Positions 50,056-62,199 of a stretch of DNA of 64,000 bases are shown here, piece by piece. The notes below the pieces were generated by a model. It was not told the origin of the DNA. It did not search any database and was given only the letters and a program-made list of their open reading frames with translations. Numbering within the stretch: the stretch's first letter is position 1; each line of letters starts with the position of its first letter. Made by a program: the position numbers and the translations under genes. The DNA lies in assembly GCA_951804945.1 (NCBI GenBank), contig OX638158.1:31062001-31126000 (forward strand), read 5' to 3'. The stretch comes from Podarcis cretensis. Taxonomy: Eukaryota.

Positions 50056-53000
50056 TATTAGTATTTTAAAATCAACCCAAGTCCCTGGTGACAAGACATT
50101 GCAGTTCATTTTGTCTGGCACAATCTCACTTCCTTCAGTCCTCACTGGAAAACCTTTATCAAGAAGCATGCATTAGATAATGAAACTTATTCTTCTTGGA
50201 AAAACTAATCTTTTCTTACCGCTAGTCATAATTATACCTAGATAGTGTGAAGCATGTGTGTTTGTAAAGAAAAGAAACAAAAAGAAAAAGAAAAAAGCCA
50301 GCACTGTCCCTAATTAAGTAGCTGTGTTGGGTCTACTCCAGGCACACACTCCACCCACTTTCTCCTCAAAATATATGATTCCCTAGGGGAAAGAATTAAA
50401 ACATAAGAGCAGATCTGAAAATTGCATGGTAGGCTAATGCACTGAGCTCTTTCATTAGCAGGGCATTTGTCAATAGCAGACTGTCTTATTCTTAAACTAG
50501 GACAGATTGTCACCAGATGCAATTGGTGATCACAAACCAGTGGCTGAAAATTGGAGGCCAAAATCTCCGTCCAGAAACTAAGAGGAGTACATGCATGTAG
50601 CCAATAAATGTGAAATATAAGTGCCAAGACACTTTCTGATTGAATTTGCCAGCCATGGAGAAGTAAAAGACGGCACCTTTAAAATGGTCAGAGACCACTT
50701 TCAATTTCCTATAACTGTGATGGAAAAAGAGTCAAAGCAGTTGGCATTGTGCAATGTGACCCTTCTGCTGCCAGATAAAATGGATAGTAATAAACCATAG
50801 ACAGAAGTCTCTGCCCAAAGGGCTTGCGGTGGCTCTTAGAAACACAAAGCAGGGGTGAGGAGGAGGTCACAGAATCAGTTTTAACCTAGCAGGAAACATC
50901 CCCTTAAATTGCTGAAATAATGATCTAACCAATAAACTTCCTGACAAAGGGATGGGGAACCTGTAGCCCCTGAAGTGTTGGACTCCAACCCCCATCAGTC
51001 CTGGCCAGTATGGTCTATGGTCAGGGACAATGAGAGTTCCAGTACAGCAGTATATGCAAGGCAACAGGGTCCCCATCCATGCCTTATGAGGTTATTTTTA
51101 TCAGTTGAATGGCTACCACAGTAACTTTTAGTATTTTCCATAGACAGTACGAGCAGCTGTGTGCTGCTCCAGTGTTAACTTCCAAACCCAAATGTTGGTA
51201 ATTCTAAAATACTCTGGTTCAGTTTCTCCCAACTTGGTGCTCTCTAGAGGTTTTGAACTACACCTCCCATCAGTCCCAGCCAGCATGGCCTGGGATGATG
51301 GGAGCTGTAGTCCTACAATGCTGGGAAGACTGTAGGTTCCCCATCTCTGTCTTATACCAGAACAGCCACATGAAACCCTTGGGATATAAGAGGGGCAAAT
51401 GAGCACCTGCAAGCTTGGCTGAGATATTTTATGGTCCCATACAATATGTGGATGCACAATATGTGTCTCAGCTTTTCTTGGCTGATGGAGACATAGGGTT
51501 CCCCAGCCTGTCTCTCTTAATTGTGGCGCTAGGGGTATTATCTATATGTTCAAATTGTTTGAGAAGTTGTGTTATCATCAGCAACTATGATCACAGTGAG
51601 AGAGGGCTGTGTTTTTTCTAGATTAACAAACCTCCCGATTGTACTGTTTTCTGAGTGGCAATAAAGGCCAAGACATGTAAGGTGTGTCTTCTGTGAAATT
51701 GGTATTCTGGAGAAAGTGGGTGGATAAGAGGATCCACCTTCAAATGCAATTTATTATTAAGCAGGAAGGGGCATTTCAGACAAACAAGGTCAGTCATGTG
51801 TAACCAGTTGCGAGTTTTGTTTTGTTTTTTTTGTAGTCCTTGAAGTTGACTACTGTGTGGTAGCCTTTAATTGAGCTGGGGATGCACCTCGCAGATTTCC
51901 CCTGGATGCTTAAAATCCATTTGGATGGCTCTCAAGTAGGATTAAGCAGATTAGTGTCATAGAATTTAGATGTCTTTAGGGCTGCACGGTAATTTATGGC
52001 AGAGAGTCTCTATTATTTCAGCGCTAGATAAGGACGATACAGTCACAATGCTCATGAATTGGGGTGCTTGGAGATAACGGAGAGCAAGGATGAAAATACA
52101 CAAATATAATTAAGCAGAAGTCAAGGAAAGCCTCGACATTATAGAGGTTGTGTTTGTGGCTGGTGCAGTTCTAAAGTCATAGAAAAGGAGCAACTCGGAC
52201 AGCTCGACAAATCTGAAGCTCTGGTGTGCTTATTTTATTTATAGGGGTTTCTGCTACTTGCCTGCATTGCTGTTGTGCTGCATTGGCGTGCCTTGAAAGA
52301 TACACAGATTCCGCCTTATATTTGGAAACTGCAGTGGGGTCCAAAGAAATTGTAGCAACAGGGCTGTCATGCCTCAGTCACACCTGACACATGTGGAGAC
52401 CCAGGTTCGGATTGAAAACAACTCAGGCTGTGTACACACCATGCATTTAAATCACACACACACACCCAGAATCATGGGAACTATAGTTTGCTTATCACAA
52501 AGCTGCAACTCCCAGCCAGCAGTTCACAGGATTCTTTTGTTTCGGGCATGTGCTTTCAATGTGCTTTAAAATTGCTTTAGATGTATGGGGCGTATGCAGT
52601 CTTAGATAGCTGCCAAAGAGACCATTACCATGTTAAGTTGTAGGATCACTTGTTCTGTATCATGCCATCACATTCTGTTGCACCAGCCAATTGTGTAGAG
52701 TAGATCTGGGGAAGCTTTGCCCTCAGCATGCTGCTATACTGCTGATCCCATCATTTCTGGCTGTTGGCCATGTTTACTTGGGCTGATGGGAATTGCAGTT
52801 CAGCAACTGTTGGTAGAGAGGGTGGCATGGGAAACACATGTGGTAATGATGATGATGCCAGTTGCATTGGGGAAAGCCTCTAGACAACATGCAATAAAAA
52901 TTAAAACAATTTAAAGCATAGCAAAATATAAACAGTTCATCTTAAAACAAGCCAACTGCAACAGGAAACGAATATCAGATCATCTGTTTATTTGAATGCC

Positions 53001-53429
53001 ACTTTCCCACTAAATTCTGTTCAAAGTGGCTCATAAAATATCAAATGAACAATAATATAACAATTCAAAAAGCATATTAACAATAAAAAATAAGCAAAAT
53101 ATAAGTAAATACAAAAAACCAACCCGTATAATAAAACAGTACAAACAGGCTAACCTAATTTAACCATTTAAACAGGAAGGAGAATACTGCGCAGTGCAGA
53201 AATTTAATGATAGCCTACAAATCTGATGGAAGAACCACTATTCCCAAAGGACATTCAACAGAATCTTACTACAATTAGCTGGCGTCCATTGGGTAAGTTA
53301 GTCAGTCATGTAAGTCAGTCATGTAACAACCATACAAAAACAAAAAACTTCCAAAATGCTCAACCCATGCAAGCAAAAACTAGTTGCAGTCCCATGCTTT
53401 TAAAATGTTAGACATTTAAAAGCCAAAGG

Positions 53430-53720
53430 AAAAGGAAAAGTCTTTGCCTGGCACTGAAAGGCCATTATGGAAGACACCAGAGAGAATGTTCTACAGATTA
53501 AGTGGGGGAAACACCTCCAAAAAGGCCTCTCTCATTACTGGCCTCTGTGCCTTAGAATTAGGGGGCGTCCAGAGGAGGGCCTCCACAGATGATCTTAGGG
53601 CAGGGAAATATATTTGTTGGAAGAGAGGTACCATTTGGTACCAGGGGCCCAGACCATGTAGGGCTTCATAGGTTAAAGCCAGCATTTGGACTTGGGCCTG
53701 GAAACAAATAAGAAGCCATT
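53430..53720 (-). mobile_element. Degraded L2 fragment
   Basis: LALTYEALHGLGPWY...LRSSVEALL on the minus strand. Confidence 0.65.
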
Positions 53721-55982
53721 AGTGGTGGGAAACGATAATGACCCAATACGGGGTTGAGGAGAAGGACTTAATATGGGGGTGCTGTTTTCCAGTGCCATTG
53801 CCATGCAGTGCGTCATATGCAATTCCTCTTTTCTGTTCAGTCAAGATCTCAGGCACAGGTAATTTCTAGCTTGGCTACCTGAGAGCTTATTAACTGGAGA
53901 TGCCAGAGATTGAATACAAGATCTTTGACATGCAAAGCCTGCAGTCTCGACTGTCAGTGAGAAAGACTAATCTGCCCAAGATATGAACCGAGCCCTTAGT
54001 CCTTAAAGGACTCCTGCCACCCTCCTGTTTCTAGCAAAGCTTTCGGTCTGCATGGTGTGTGTATGCGTGTGTGTGCTTGAAATTTAGGCTGCAATTCTAA
54101 TCCCACTTATTTGAGAGAAAACCCTACTGGATTTACTTCTGAGTAGACATGGTTAGCAGCATGCTGTTAATTACTGTACTTATACAAGCTGTCTGATAAT
54201 GCATGCTCTGGACTGTTCACAAGAAGTAAAAGAATGAAAAATAGTATTTAAATATCAGAACCAAGATAAAATACACAGCAGCACAAAAACCATGTTAACT
54301 AGCAGAGAAAGAGATGGAAACAGTCATCCCCAAGAATAAAAAACCCCCCTTTGATCCAGACATTAAGAGATTGTGTGTGATGACCAAGACGTAGTGGGGA
54401 CTGAGCTGTGATCTTAGTGGGTTTCCAGGCAGCTAAGCGCCCACCCAGATGGCCTGTTTGTTAAGCATTCATCCTGATCTGCTTGTTCAAAACTTAGATG
54501 GAGGTTTCATTATATCAGGTCTTAGGACTCCACTCCAGATTTGTGTAGGGTTTACTCCTTAACAGTTTGACTTTGCCTCCAGAGATGCTCTCCATTTTCT
54601 CTCGAGACAGATGGTTGCCATAAAAAATTATCAACTATTCATTCAGATTGAGTTTGGGAGATGGATGTGGGTTATGCAACAATGAACATTTACCCTTGTT
54701 TGCTTGCAGGGTGTTTGCAAATCTTGCAATTAGTCATTTTCTCACTCCAAACTTTTCATTGGACTTCCTCATCCCTTTGCTACGCACAAAAATCAGTTTC
54801 TTTTTCAAAGAGGGTTTCTGGCATGGTGACACAGACTACTTTAATCCACTCTTCATTTGTGCAAACCTACATTTCCCAGCTTGAATCCCTCTTGCGAAAT
54901 AGGAGGTGCCATAGGGCTGAACTACTCAAGATGGGGCATGAGACAGCTTTAAGTAAAAACTAGTATTTGCTTTGATAAAGGGATCTAAGCACCTTGGGAG
55001 CCCATACCAATGATCCAAGTCCTACTCCTAGATGCAGTATTAGCAAAGATGTAAATGGGCAGCATTCTGGTGTTACTGGGTGGTTTTCATCCATACCATC
55101 TTACATTGGCAGGGGGACACCTTGAATAAATGGAGATGTGGAACCCAGTGTCTCAGTTGTAAAGCTACAAATCAGGTATCAAACCCTGTATCTCTGGGTA
55201 ACCCACAGAGTACTCTTCAGATTCCCCTGGGGTAGAGTCCTGCTGACCCACGCCTAGACAGATCTCCTTTGCATCAGAATCACTGTTGAAGGCACCAAAT
55301 ATATGATGCTGAGTTCTAGTTTCAGTCAAAGAATAGTGACGAGAAGCACCTTGATTCTCCCTGCAGTGAAGTTCAAACTGGCATTCTTCTGCTGTGCATC
55401 CAACACCCTATTTTTTTCTCTTGATTGGGATTGCTTATTCTTCTCAGCTTGCATTATGTTGTAGCCACGTTTTCCCCACCGTAGTCATATGAGACCTCCA
55501 CTGTGTGCGCCGATTGCAGTTGAGCACAGCGCACTGTTGCACAAACCTCCAAAAAATGAGCAGAAAAGGGCCATCTGGCTGTGGAGAGGAGCACGACTCT
55601 TTGCAGATGGTTGGTGTGAAAACACGTGTTAGATGATAAGAGTAACAGTAATACCGAACTCAATGTTTTGCTTGGGTAGGCAGAGCGGTAGCTGTTGCAT
55701 GCTCACACTGCTGAAGATGGCAGGTGGATGTGGCAGATCATGACACAAATTGAGCATGTACACGCACCCTCTATCGACAGTAGAATCATGTGTTATTAAG
55801 GCACGTTTGCTAGAGGAGACGGTGGTGCCTGAAAGGAGGGGGGGTGAAAATGAAGGGAGAAGAGGACTGGAAATAAAAGGATACAGACCATTCACATGTC
55901 TCTGAGTTGGTTTGACTTTTAAAATCTGGCGTGTTGCCATTGAGTGTGTTGGGCAGTGAGCTCCTTGCACTGTATCTCTAAT

Positions 55983-56122
55983 CAGTGCTATTTTTCTAGA
56001 AAAAGAAGTGCTGTAGCTCACCATGAACACCTCCCTCGTTCTCTTAGAATGGCAATGGTGCCTACCTGAGAGGTGCTGGAATAGAGTTCCGGCAAGTTCC
56101 TGCTAAAAAACCCCCACACCTG
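55983..56122. mobile_element. Small hAT-type MITE
   Basis: CAG...CTG ends, 8-bp TSD tctctaat/cctctaat. Confidence 0.55.
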
Positions 56123-56578
56123 CCTCTAATGCTGCTCAGGAAATGGAGTTGGAGGGTAGATTAAAACATTAAATGAAGCCTCTTTGTTTCCCACATTACT
56201 TTCTCTCACTACTCAGCCAGCACTCCCATCCCTTCTGTGTGAGCAAAAATGCTGTGCGTGACTCATTCCTTCAGCCTCTGCAAGCTGGGCAGCAGTAATG
56301 TCTTTCTCGTCTGCATCCCCAATGTGTGGGTGTTCAGAGAACATGGCCTGAGCAGGGGTGGGTGGGGGGTAGCCCTGTGAACCTCCACATGTTGCTGCAT
56401 ACAGCTCCCATCAGTGCCATCCAGTATGGTCAATAGTCAGGGGGACAGGAGTTATGAGGTTCAGCAGCATCTGCATAGCTGCAGGTTCCTTTACACGTGA
56501 AAGGACCCTAGTTCTGTTCCTAGCATCTCCCATTAACAAGGCTGGGAGAGACCTTTGCCCGAAAGACCTTTAGGGAAA

Positions 56579-56762
56579 GGGCGTAGCTCAACGGGAGAGC
56601 ATCTTGATTTGCATGCAGAATGTCCCAAGTTCAATTCCTGGCATCTCCAAGTAGGGCTGGAAGAGAACTCTCTCTGAAGAATTACTGTCAGGCCGTGTAG
56701 ACAATACTGAGCCAGGTGGACCAGGTTTCAGCCTTAGTATAAGGCAGCTTCTTCTGTTCCTA
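56579..56762 (+). mobile_element. tRNA-Ala-like SINE with CR1-like tail
   Basis: gggcgtagctca...tttgcatgcagaa.gtccca.gttcaattcctggcatctcca head; gtagacaatactgagc...ataaggcagcttc tail. Confidence 0.75.
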
Positions 56763-57610
56763 GCCTGGAATGCCACTACCAAATTGGGTAGTTAGACCAA
56801 TAATCTGCTTTTGGTAGAAAGCAGATTAACTCAGCAGCTCTCCTCACCGGAACTTTTCTGTAGCAAATGAAGGTGCAAAGGAAAAGAGATGCTTCTTTGA
56901 AGAGAAAACGCGGCTGATTCTTCTCATGAGGTTTTGAATGAGCCAAATTGGCACTGTCATCTGGCTCAGAGCAGCACTGTAGTTGAAGACTGGAATTATT
57001 TAATATTTTGATTCATTAACTAGAGGTTAAAAACCATAAAATGGAAGTTTGCACGAGGCCATGCAAAGCATAGAATTGTGAGATGGAATTCAACTCAATT
57101 GTAATCTTTCTCATATCTTTCTTTCTCACCAACCATGGCTTTTTGTCAAACGCCACCTCTTCTGTGAACCCTCTGGATACAATCCTTAATTGAAATGAAG
57201 CCTAAGTGCATTCAACTGCATTTGCACAGCTTTCCACTCCCACTGCCAAAAATTCAGCAGTAAACCCTTCCTTATAAAGACTGGCCTTCTTTGCTTATGT
57301 TATTATGTGAGGTGCTATGTACTTTGATGATGCTCTTTAAATAAAGAAAAAGAATTTCCCACCCCATTTTCCCTCCCCATTTTGCCATCTTCACTGCCTT
57401 AAGTGTCTGATTCTGAAGTGGCTCCTGTTGTTTCACCAATTCACTATACTCCGTGGACACCACAAGGTCACCTTCATGCCATATATCCAAAACACATGCA
57501 AAGTACAAGGCGTCCTCCAAAGAATCCTTGGAATTGCTGTTTGCCCTTCACAGAACTACAATTCTCAGCACCCTTAACAAACTATGGTTCCCAGGATTCT
57601 TTGGGAGAAG

Positions 57611-57969
57611 CCAAGTGGCGCTGTGGTCTAAACCACTGAGCCTAGGGCTTGCTGATCGGAAGGTCGGCAGTTCGAATCCCCACGCCGGGGTGAGCTCCCA
57701 TTGCTCAGTCCCTGCTCCTGCCAACCTAGCAGTTTGAAAGCACACCAAAAAGTGCAAGTAGATAAATAGGTACCGCTCTGGCGGGAAGGTAAATGGCGTT
57801 TCCGTGCGCTGCTCTGGTTTCGCCAGAAGCGGCTTAGTCATACTGGCCACATGACCTGGAAAAACTGTCTGCATACAAACGTTGGCTCCCTGGCCAGTAA
57901 AGCGAGATGAGCGCCGCAACCCCAGAGTAGTTCGCGACTGGACTTAACTGTCAGGGGTCCTTTACCTTT
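57611..57969 (+). mobile_element. Sauria SINE
   Basis: Core and ACCTTT tail; inserted into a palindromic MITE. Confidence 0.9.
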
Positions 57970-58468
57970 TTTTAAAAAGTGCTTTAAACATATTGTGAGA
58001 ATGAAAATTAGACCAGACCAGCTTTGTCCCACATGCTGCAGTAGACTGACCAGCTGACCTCCATCTGATTTAAAAAACTTTTTCATTGCAACGAAAATCA
58101 TACACACAAACACAAACATGGTCCTTTGTCCAAGGTATTAGTTCAGCTTCTAATGTGCTCAGTGGAAAAACCACCAGTGATTTGAATAGGGGGATTAACC
58201 AAAGGAAATAGAGTAACCTCTAATTCACCTCTAGCGGAGGGATTATGTAAATGAATCCACTTGTTTTTCAACTGGGAAGTTTCAGCAATTGCATATTGTG
58301 TGACCTTCACCTGTCCTTTGACTCTGCAAGTGCCTTTCTGCCTTGGCCTCAAAACCCCTCCTAACAATCCTATATAACTCTGCCATTACTTCCTACTCAT
58401 ATCTCCCAGGCCACTGGAACTATTTGCTCGCCGTCCTTTCCTCCTAACTTCCTTTCCTGTCACTGTAC

Positions 58469-58652
58469 CAGGCATGTCCAAAGTCCATTTCGGGAGCCTA
58501 ATTTGGTCGGTTTAATCCCTAAATTCATGAAAAAGCTCAACAACTTCAATCCTAAAAAAAAGTCAACAACTTTGGTCGGCCTTTTAGTTGGCCCTCATGG
58601 CCCTTCACTTCATCAAATCTGGCCCTCTTTGAAAAAAGTTTGGACACCACTG
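58469..58652. mobile_element. hAT/Charlie-like MITE
   Basis: CAGGCATGTCCAAA...TTTGGACACCACTG imperfect TIRs; TSD not evident. Confidence 0.5.
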
Positions 58653-58927
58653 CTAGCCCCCAAAGAGGCTGTGAATACTCTCCCTTCTACTCTGCATCCA
58701 ATGCACTCCCGCAGCTTGTTTGGGAAGCGGCGTCCACACAACAGCATTAGCTCCAGTCCACATCTACCTTGTATCTACCCTGTTGCTATGGAACACTGCA
58801 TCTTGATGTGTTTCCCCTGCAGACAGCTTCAGTCTGAATAGAGACAAAGAATGACCTAGCTCTGTGTTCAGCTGGTGGTATGTACCCATCCTCAATTCCA
58901 GCAGGTGACGAAACTGAGGAACATTAA

Positions 58928-59310
58928 AGGTAAAGGTAAAGGACCCCTGACAGTTAAGTCCAGTCACAGATGACTCTGGGGTTGTGGCGCTCATCTTGCT
59001 TTACAGGCCGAGGGAGCTGACATTTGTCCGCAGACAATTTTTCTGGGTCACGTAGACAGCATGACTAAGCTGCTTCTGGCACAACGGAACACCAAAAACA
59101 GAGCAGCGCACGGAAACGATGTTTACCTTCCTGCTGGAGCAGTACCTATTTATCTACTTGCACTTTTTTGGGCGTGCTTTTGAACTAGGTTGGCAGGAGC
59201 TGGGACTGAGCAACTGGAGCTCACCCCATCATGGGGATCCAAACCGCAACCTTCTGATCGGCAAGCCCAAGAGGCTCAGTGGTTTAGACCACAGTGCCAC
59301 CCGCGTCCCT
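58928..59310 (-). mobile_element. Sauria SINE
   Basis: Full length; perfect 13-bp TSD tgaggaacattaa (58915-58927 / 59311-59323). Confidence 0.93.
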
Positions 59311-59541
59311 TGAGGAACATTAATCCAGACATAAAAATCCATTTCCTTTTAACAAAGGAAAAAGGGGGAAAGGATCGACAAATGTGTATTACAAAGAGAG
59401 TGGGGAGGTAGATAAGAGAGGAAGGAGCAAAATTCAGAATGTGGGTAGAAGGGGAAGAGAAGGTAATAGGTGAGCCTCAGGGCAAGGGCAGGATAAAGGA
59501 CCAACAGAGCATTGAGAGAAGGAAAGAGAGAAATCGTTTTT

Positions 59542-59566
59542 CTGCTGCTGCTGCTGCTGCTGCTGC
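59542..59566. repeat. (CTG)n trinucleotide repeat
   Basis: Direct reading. Confidence 0.9.
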
Positions 59567-59919
59567 ATTGCTTCTGCTTTGCACAGGCTGAGCCGTGACC
59601 TGAAGGAAGGGAGAGGGAGACTTCATGGGGGGAATCAGAAAACCACACACAAGAGATAACAAGATAAAATAAAGGAGGGTACGGTTGCATAGAGTTGAGG
59701 GGGAGGCATTTCAGTCAAAAGACACTGACGAGAAACCAGCCCAGATGGATACCTGCCCAGTGCAGTATTAACAGGGTCTCCCCACCTTTCTGTCAGCAAA
59801 AACCTTCGTACGTATTGCAAGCTGTCAACAGCCTTGCAGAGCTCTAAGTGGTGTCATTCACATATGCCATTACATGTGGCAAAGTAGGATGTGCTGCCAT
59901 TCCCACATGGGAGGAACAT

Positions 59920-59920
<1 letters not shown>

Positions 59921-59953
<33 letters not shown>
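59921..59953. repeat. (GT)n microsatellite
   Basis: Direct reading. Confidence 0.95.
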
Positions 59954-59954
<1 letters not shown>

Positions 59955-61276
59955 CTGTTGTTGTTTTCAGGCCATAAACTCCAACCCCACATCAGCCTCA
60001 AGCCCATTTGTGTCCTTTGCACGCTGAACACCCTTGCAATGCACCGTTTCTTTCCAGAACTGGAAATCTGCTAGCAGTTTCTCGGCACTCTGGATGTGTG
60101 TATATCCCAACCTGGTGAGTGAAGTGGGGAAATGGCTTTGTCTTGCCTTGTGTGTGTGTCTAGCGGGCCCAGGGGGAGCACAGTGCTTTCCTCAGGAAAG
60201 GACCAAGGGCCCACAGGCAGTGTTGGGAAGGAAAGCAGAAGAGCTGCAGGAGGGAAAGAGTAAGGGGGCAGAAGTAAGCAATAGACTATGTAAAGCATTT
60301 ACATTGTTCCATAAAATAAAAACAAAAAGCCCTATCTCACAGCAGCAGCAGCGAGACGCAGGATGAAAAGGAAAAAGAGAAACAATATTTTGACATCTAA
60401 TGGGAAGGTTACAAAAAACACACACACAGGGCTCTAATCCCCAGCTTCCTCTTTCCTTCTCTTTATTTTCTTGTCTTTTGTTTGCTTCCTACCACTTTGC
60501 TTGCACTGCTGGCAGGAAAGGCACATTTGGGGAATAATCCAATTATGCCAAATGCAAGGGAGAGCTTTCTTTGGCCAGCTATTTGGATGGCAGCCTCCCC
60601 ATGTTTCAATTTCCCTTAGATCCAAATGGATGCTTCTGTAGTTACTGCTTATGGTTTGATGTCCCACCACCACCTGTCTAAACTCTGCTTTGCTGAAACA
60701 CCTATCCTCTCAGTCTTGTGATGTTCTCTACTTTCTGCTTTCTTTCCTATGAATTACATTAGTCTTCCCGTCCACTGACCACTGTACTCACTCCATTTTG
60801 GTTTTGCCTCCTTGTACTCTTCCTCCTTTGGCTGTCAGCAATAGCCCTGCTCTTCTGAACTTGACCTTGGATTTCAGCTCATGGGTAGATGCTGCTAAGA
60901 AGGGTTCAGCAGGGTCACCACAGCAGTTTAACAACCAATCCCTCTTCACAGAGAACGCTGGAATTGTAGCTCTGGGAGGAGAATAGGGGCCTCCTAACAA
61001 CTCTCAGCACCCTTCACAAACTACAGCTTCCAGAATTCTTTGGGAGAAACCAAACTGTTTGAAGAGGTATCACAATGCTTTAAATGTATGGTGTGAATGT
61101 GGCATAAGCCTAGGAAGATTTTGTACTGGTACACCAGTGCCATGTTCTGGTGGGGAAAGGAAGATTCATAGGGTGAAACAACAGAAATGATTAACAGAAC
61201 TATTTGGAAACTCCACCAGTACTTAATCATTTTATGCATTGGCATGATGGGGAAACTGAGGCATGGCTACCAAGTT

Positions 61277-61598
61277 CATAGAATTGTAGAGTTGGAAGGG
61301 ACCGCAGGGGTCATCTAGTCCTACTCCCTGCAATGCAAGAATCTCAACTAAAGCATCCATGACAGATGGCCATCTAACCTCTGCTTAAAAACTTCCAGTG
61401 AAGGAGAGTCCACCACCTTCTGAGAGAGTCCATTCTACTGTCGAACAGCTCCGGTGGTCAGAAAGTTCTTCCTGATGTTTGGTCAGAATCTCCTTTCTTG
61501 TAACTTGAATCCATTGCTTTGAGTCCTACCCTCCAGAGTTTGCTCCTTCTTCCATGTGACAGCCCTTGAGATATTTGAAGGTGACTATCATATCTCAG
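61277..61598 (-). mobile_element. CR1 LINE 3' end (second CR1 family)
   Basis: catagaattgtagagttggaagggacc...ggtcatctagtcc terminus followed by the ORF2 end (agaaagttcttcctgatgttt). Confidence 0.85.
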
Positions 61599-61954
61599 GG
61601 GACGCAGGTGGCGCTGTGAGTTAAACCACAGAGCCTAGGACTTGCTGATCAGAAGGTCGGCAGTTTGAATCCCCGCAACAGGGTGAGCTCCTGTTGCTTG
61701 GTCCCTGCTCCTGCCAACTTAGCAGTTCGAAAGCACGTCAAAGTGCAAGTAGATAAATAGGTACCACTCCGGCGGAAAGGTAAACAGCATTTCCGTGCGC
61801 TGCTCTGGATCGCCAGAAGCAGCTTAGTCATGCTGGCCACATGACCCGGAAGCTGTACGCCGGCTGCCTCGGCCAATAAAGCGAGATGAGCGCCACAACC
61901 CCAGAGTCGGTCACGACTGGACCTAATGGACAGGGATCCCTTTACCTTTACCTT
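61599..61954 (+). mobile_element. Sauria SINE inserted at the end of a CR1 fragment
   Basis: Full length; perfect 13-bp TSD tatcatatctcag. Confidence 0.93.
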
Positions 61955-62085
61955 TATCATATCTCAGTCATCCCAGCTACAAGTATGAATGAAGATTGAA
62001 ACACACCGTACACTTGCAGGCGGGAGGGTGGATGTATTGCTCTAAATGAGATGGGGAGGAAAATTCTAGGCAAAGGGAGTAAGAC

Positions 62086-62199
62086 CATGGGCATAGCCGG
62101 GGGGGCGGGGCGGGCAGGGGGCAGCTGCCCCCCAATCAGTAAAAAACAATACAAATCTGAGGTTCTGCCCCCCTAACAAGAATCCTGACTACTCCCATG
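62086..62199. mobile_element. Small hAT-type MITE
   Basis: Imperfect TIR CATGGGCATAGCC / GACTACTCCCATG; perfect 8-bp TSD agtaagac. Confidence 0.75.

Noticed and set aside
59542-59566. CTG repeat as polyQ/polyA coding sequence
   Set aside because: No supporting splice sites or homology; intronic microsatellite
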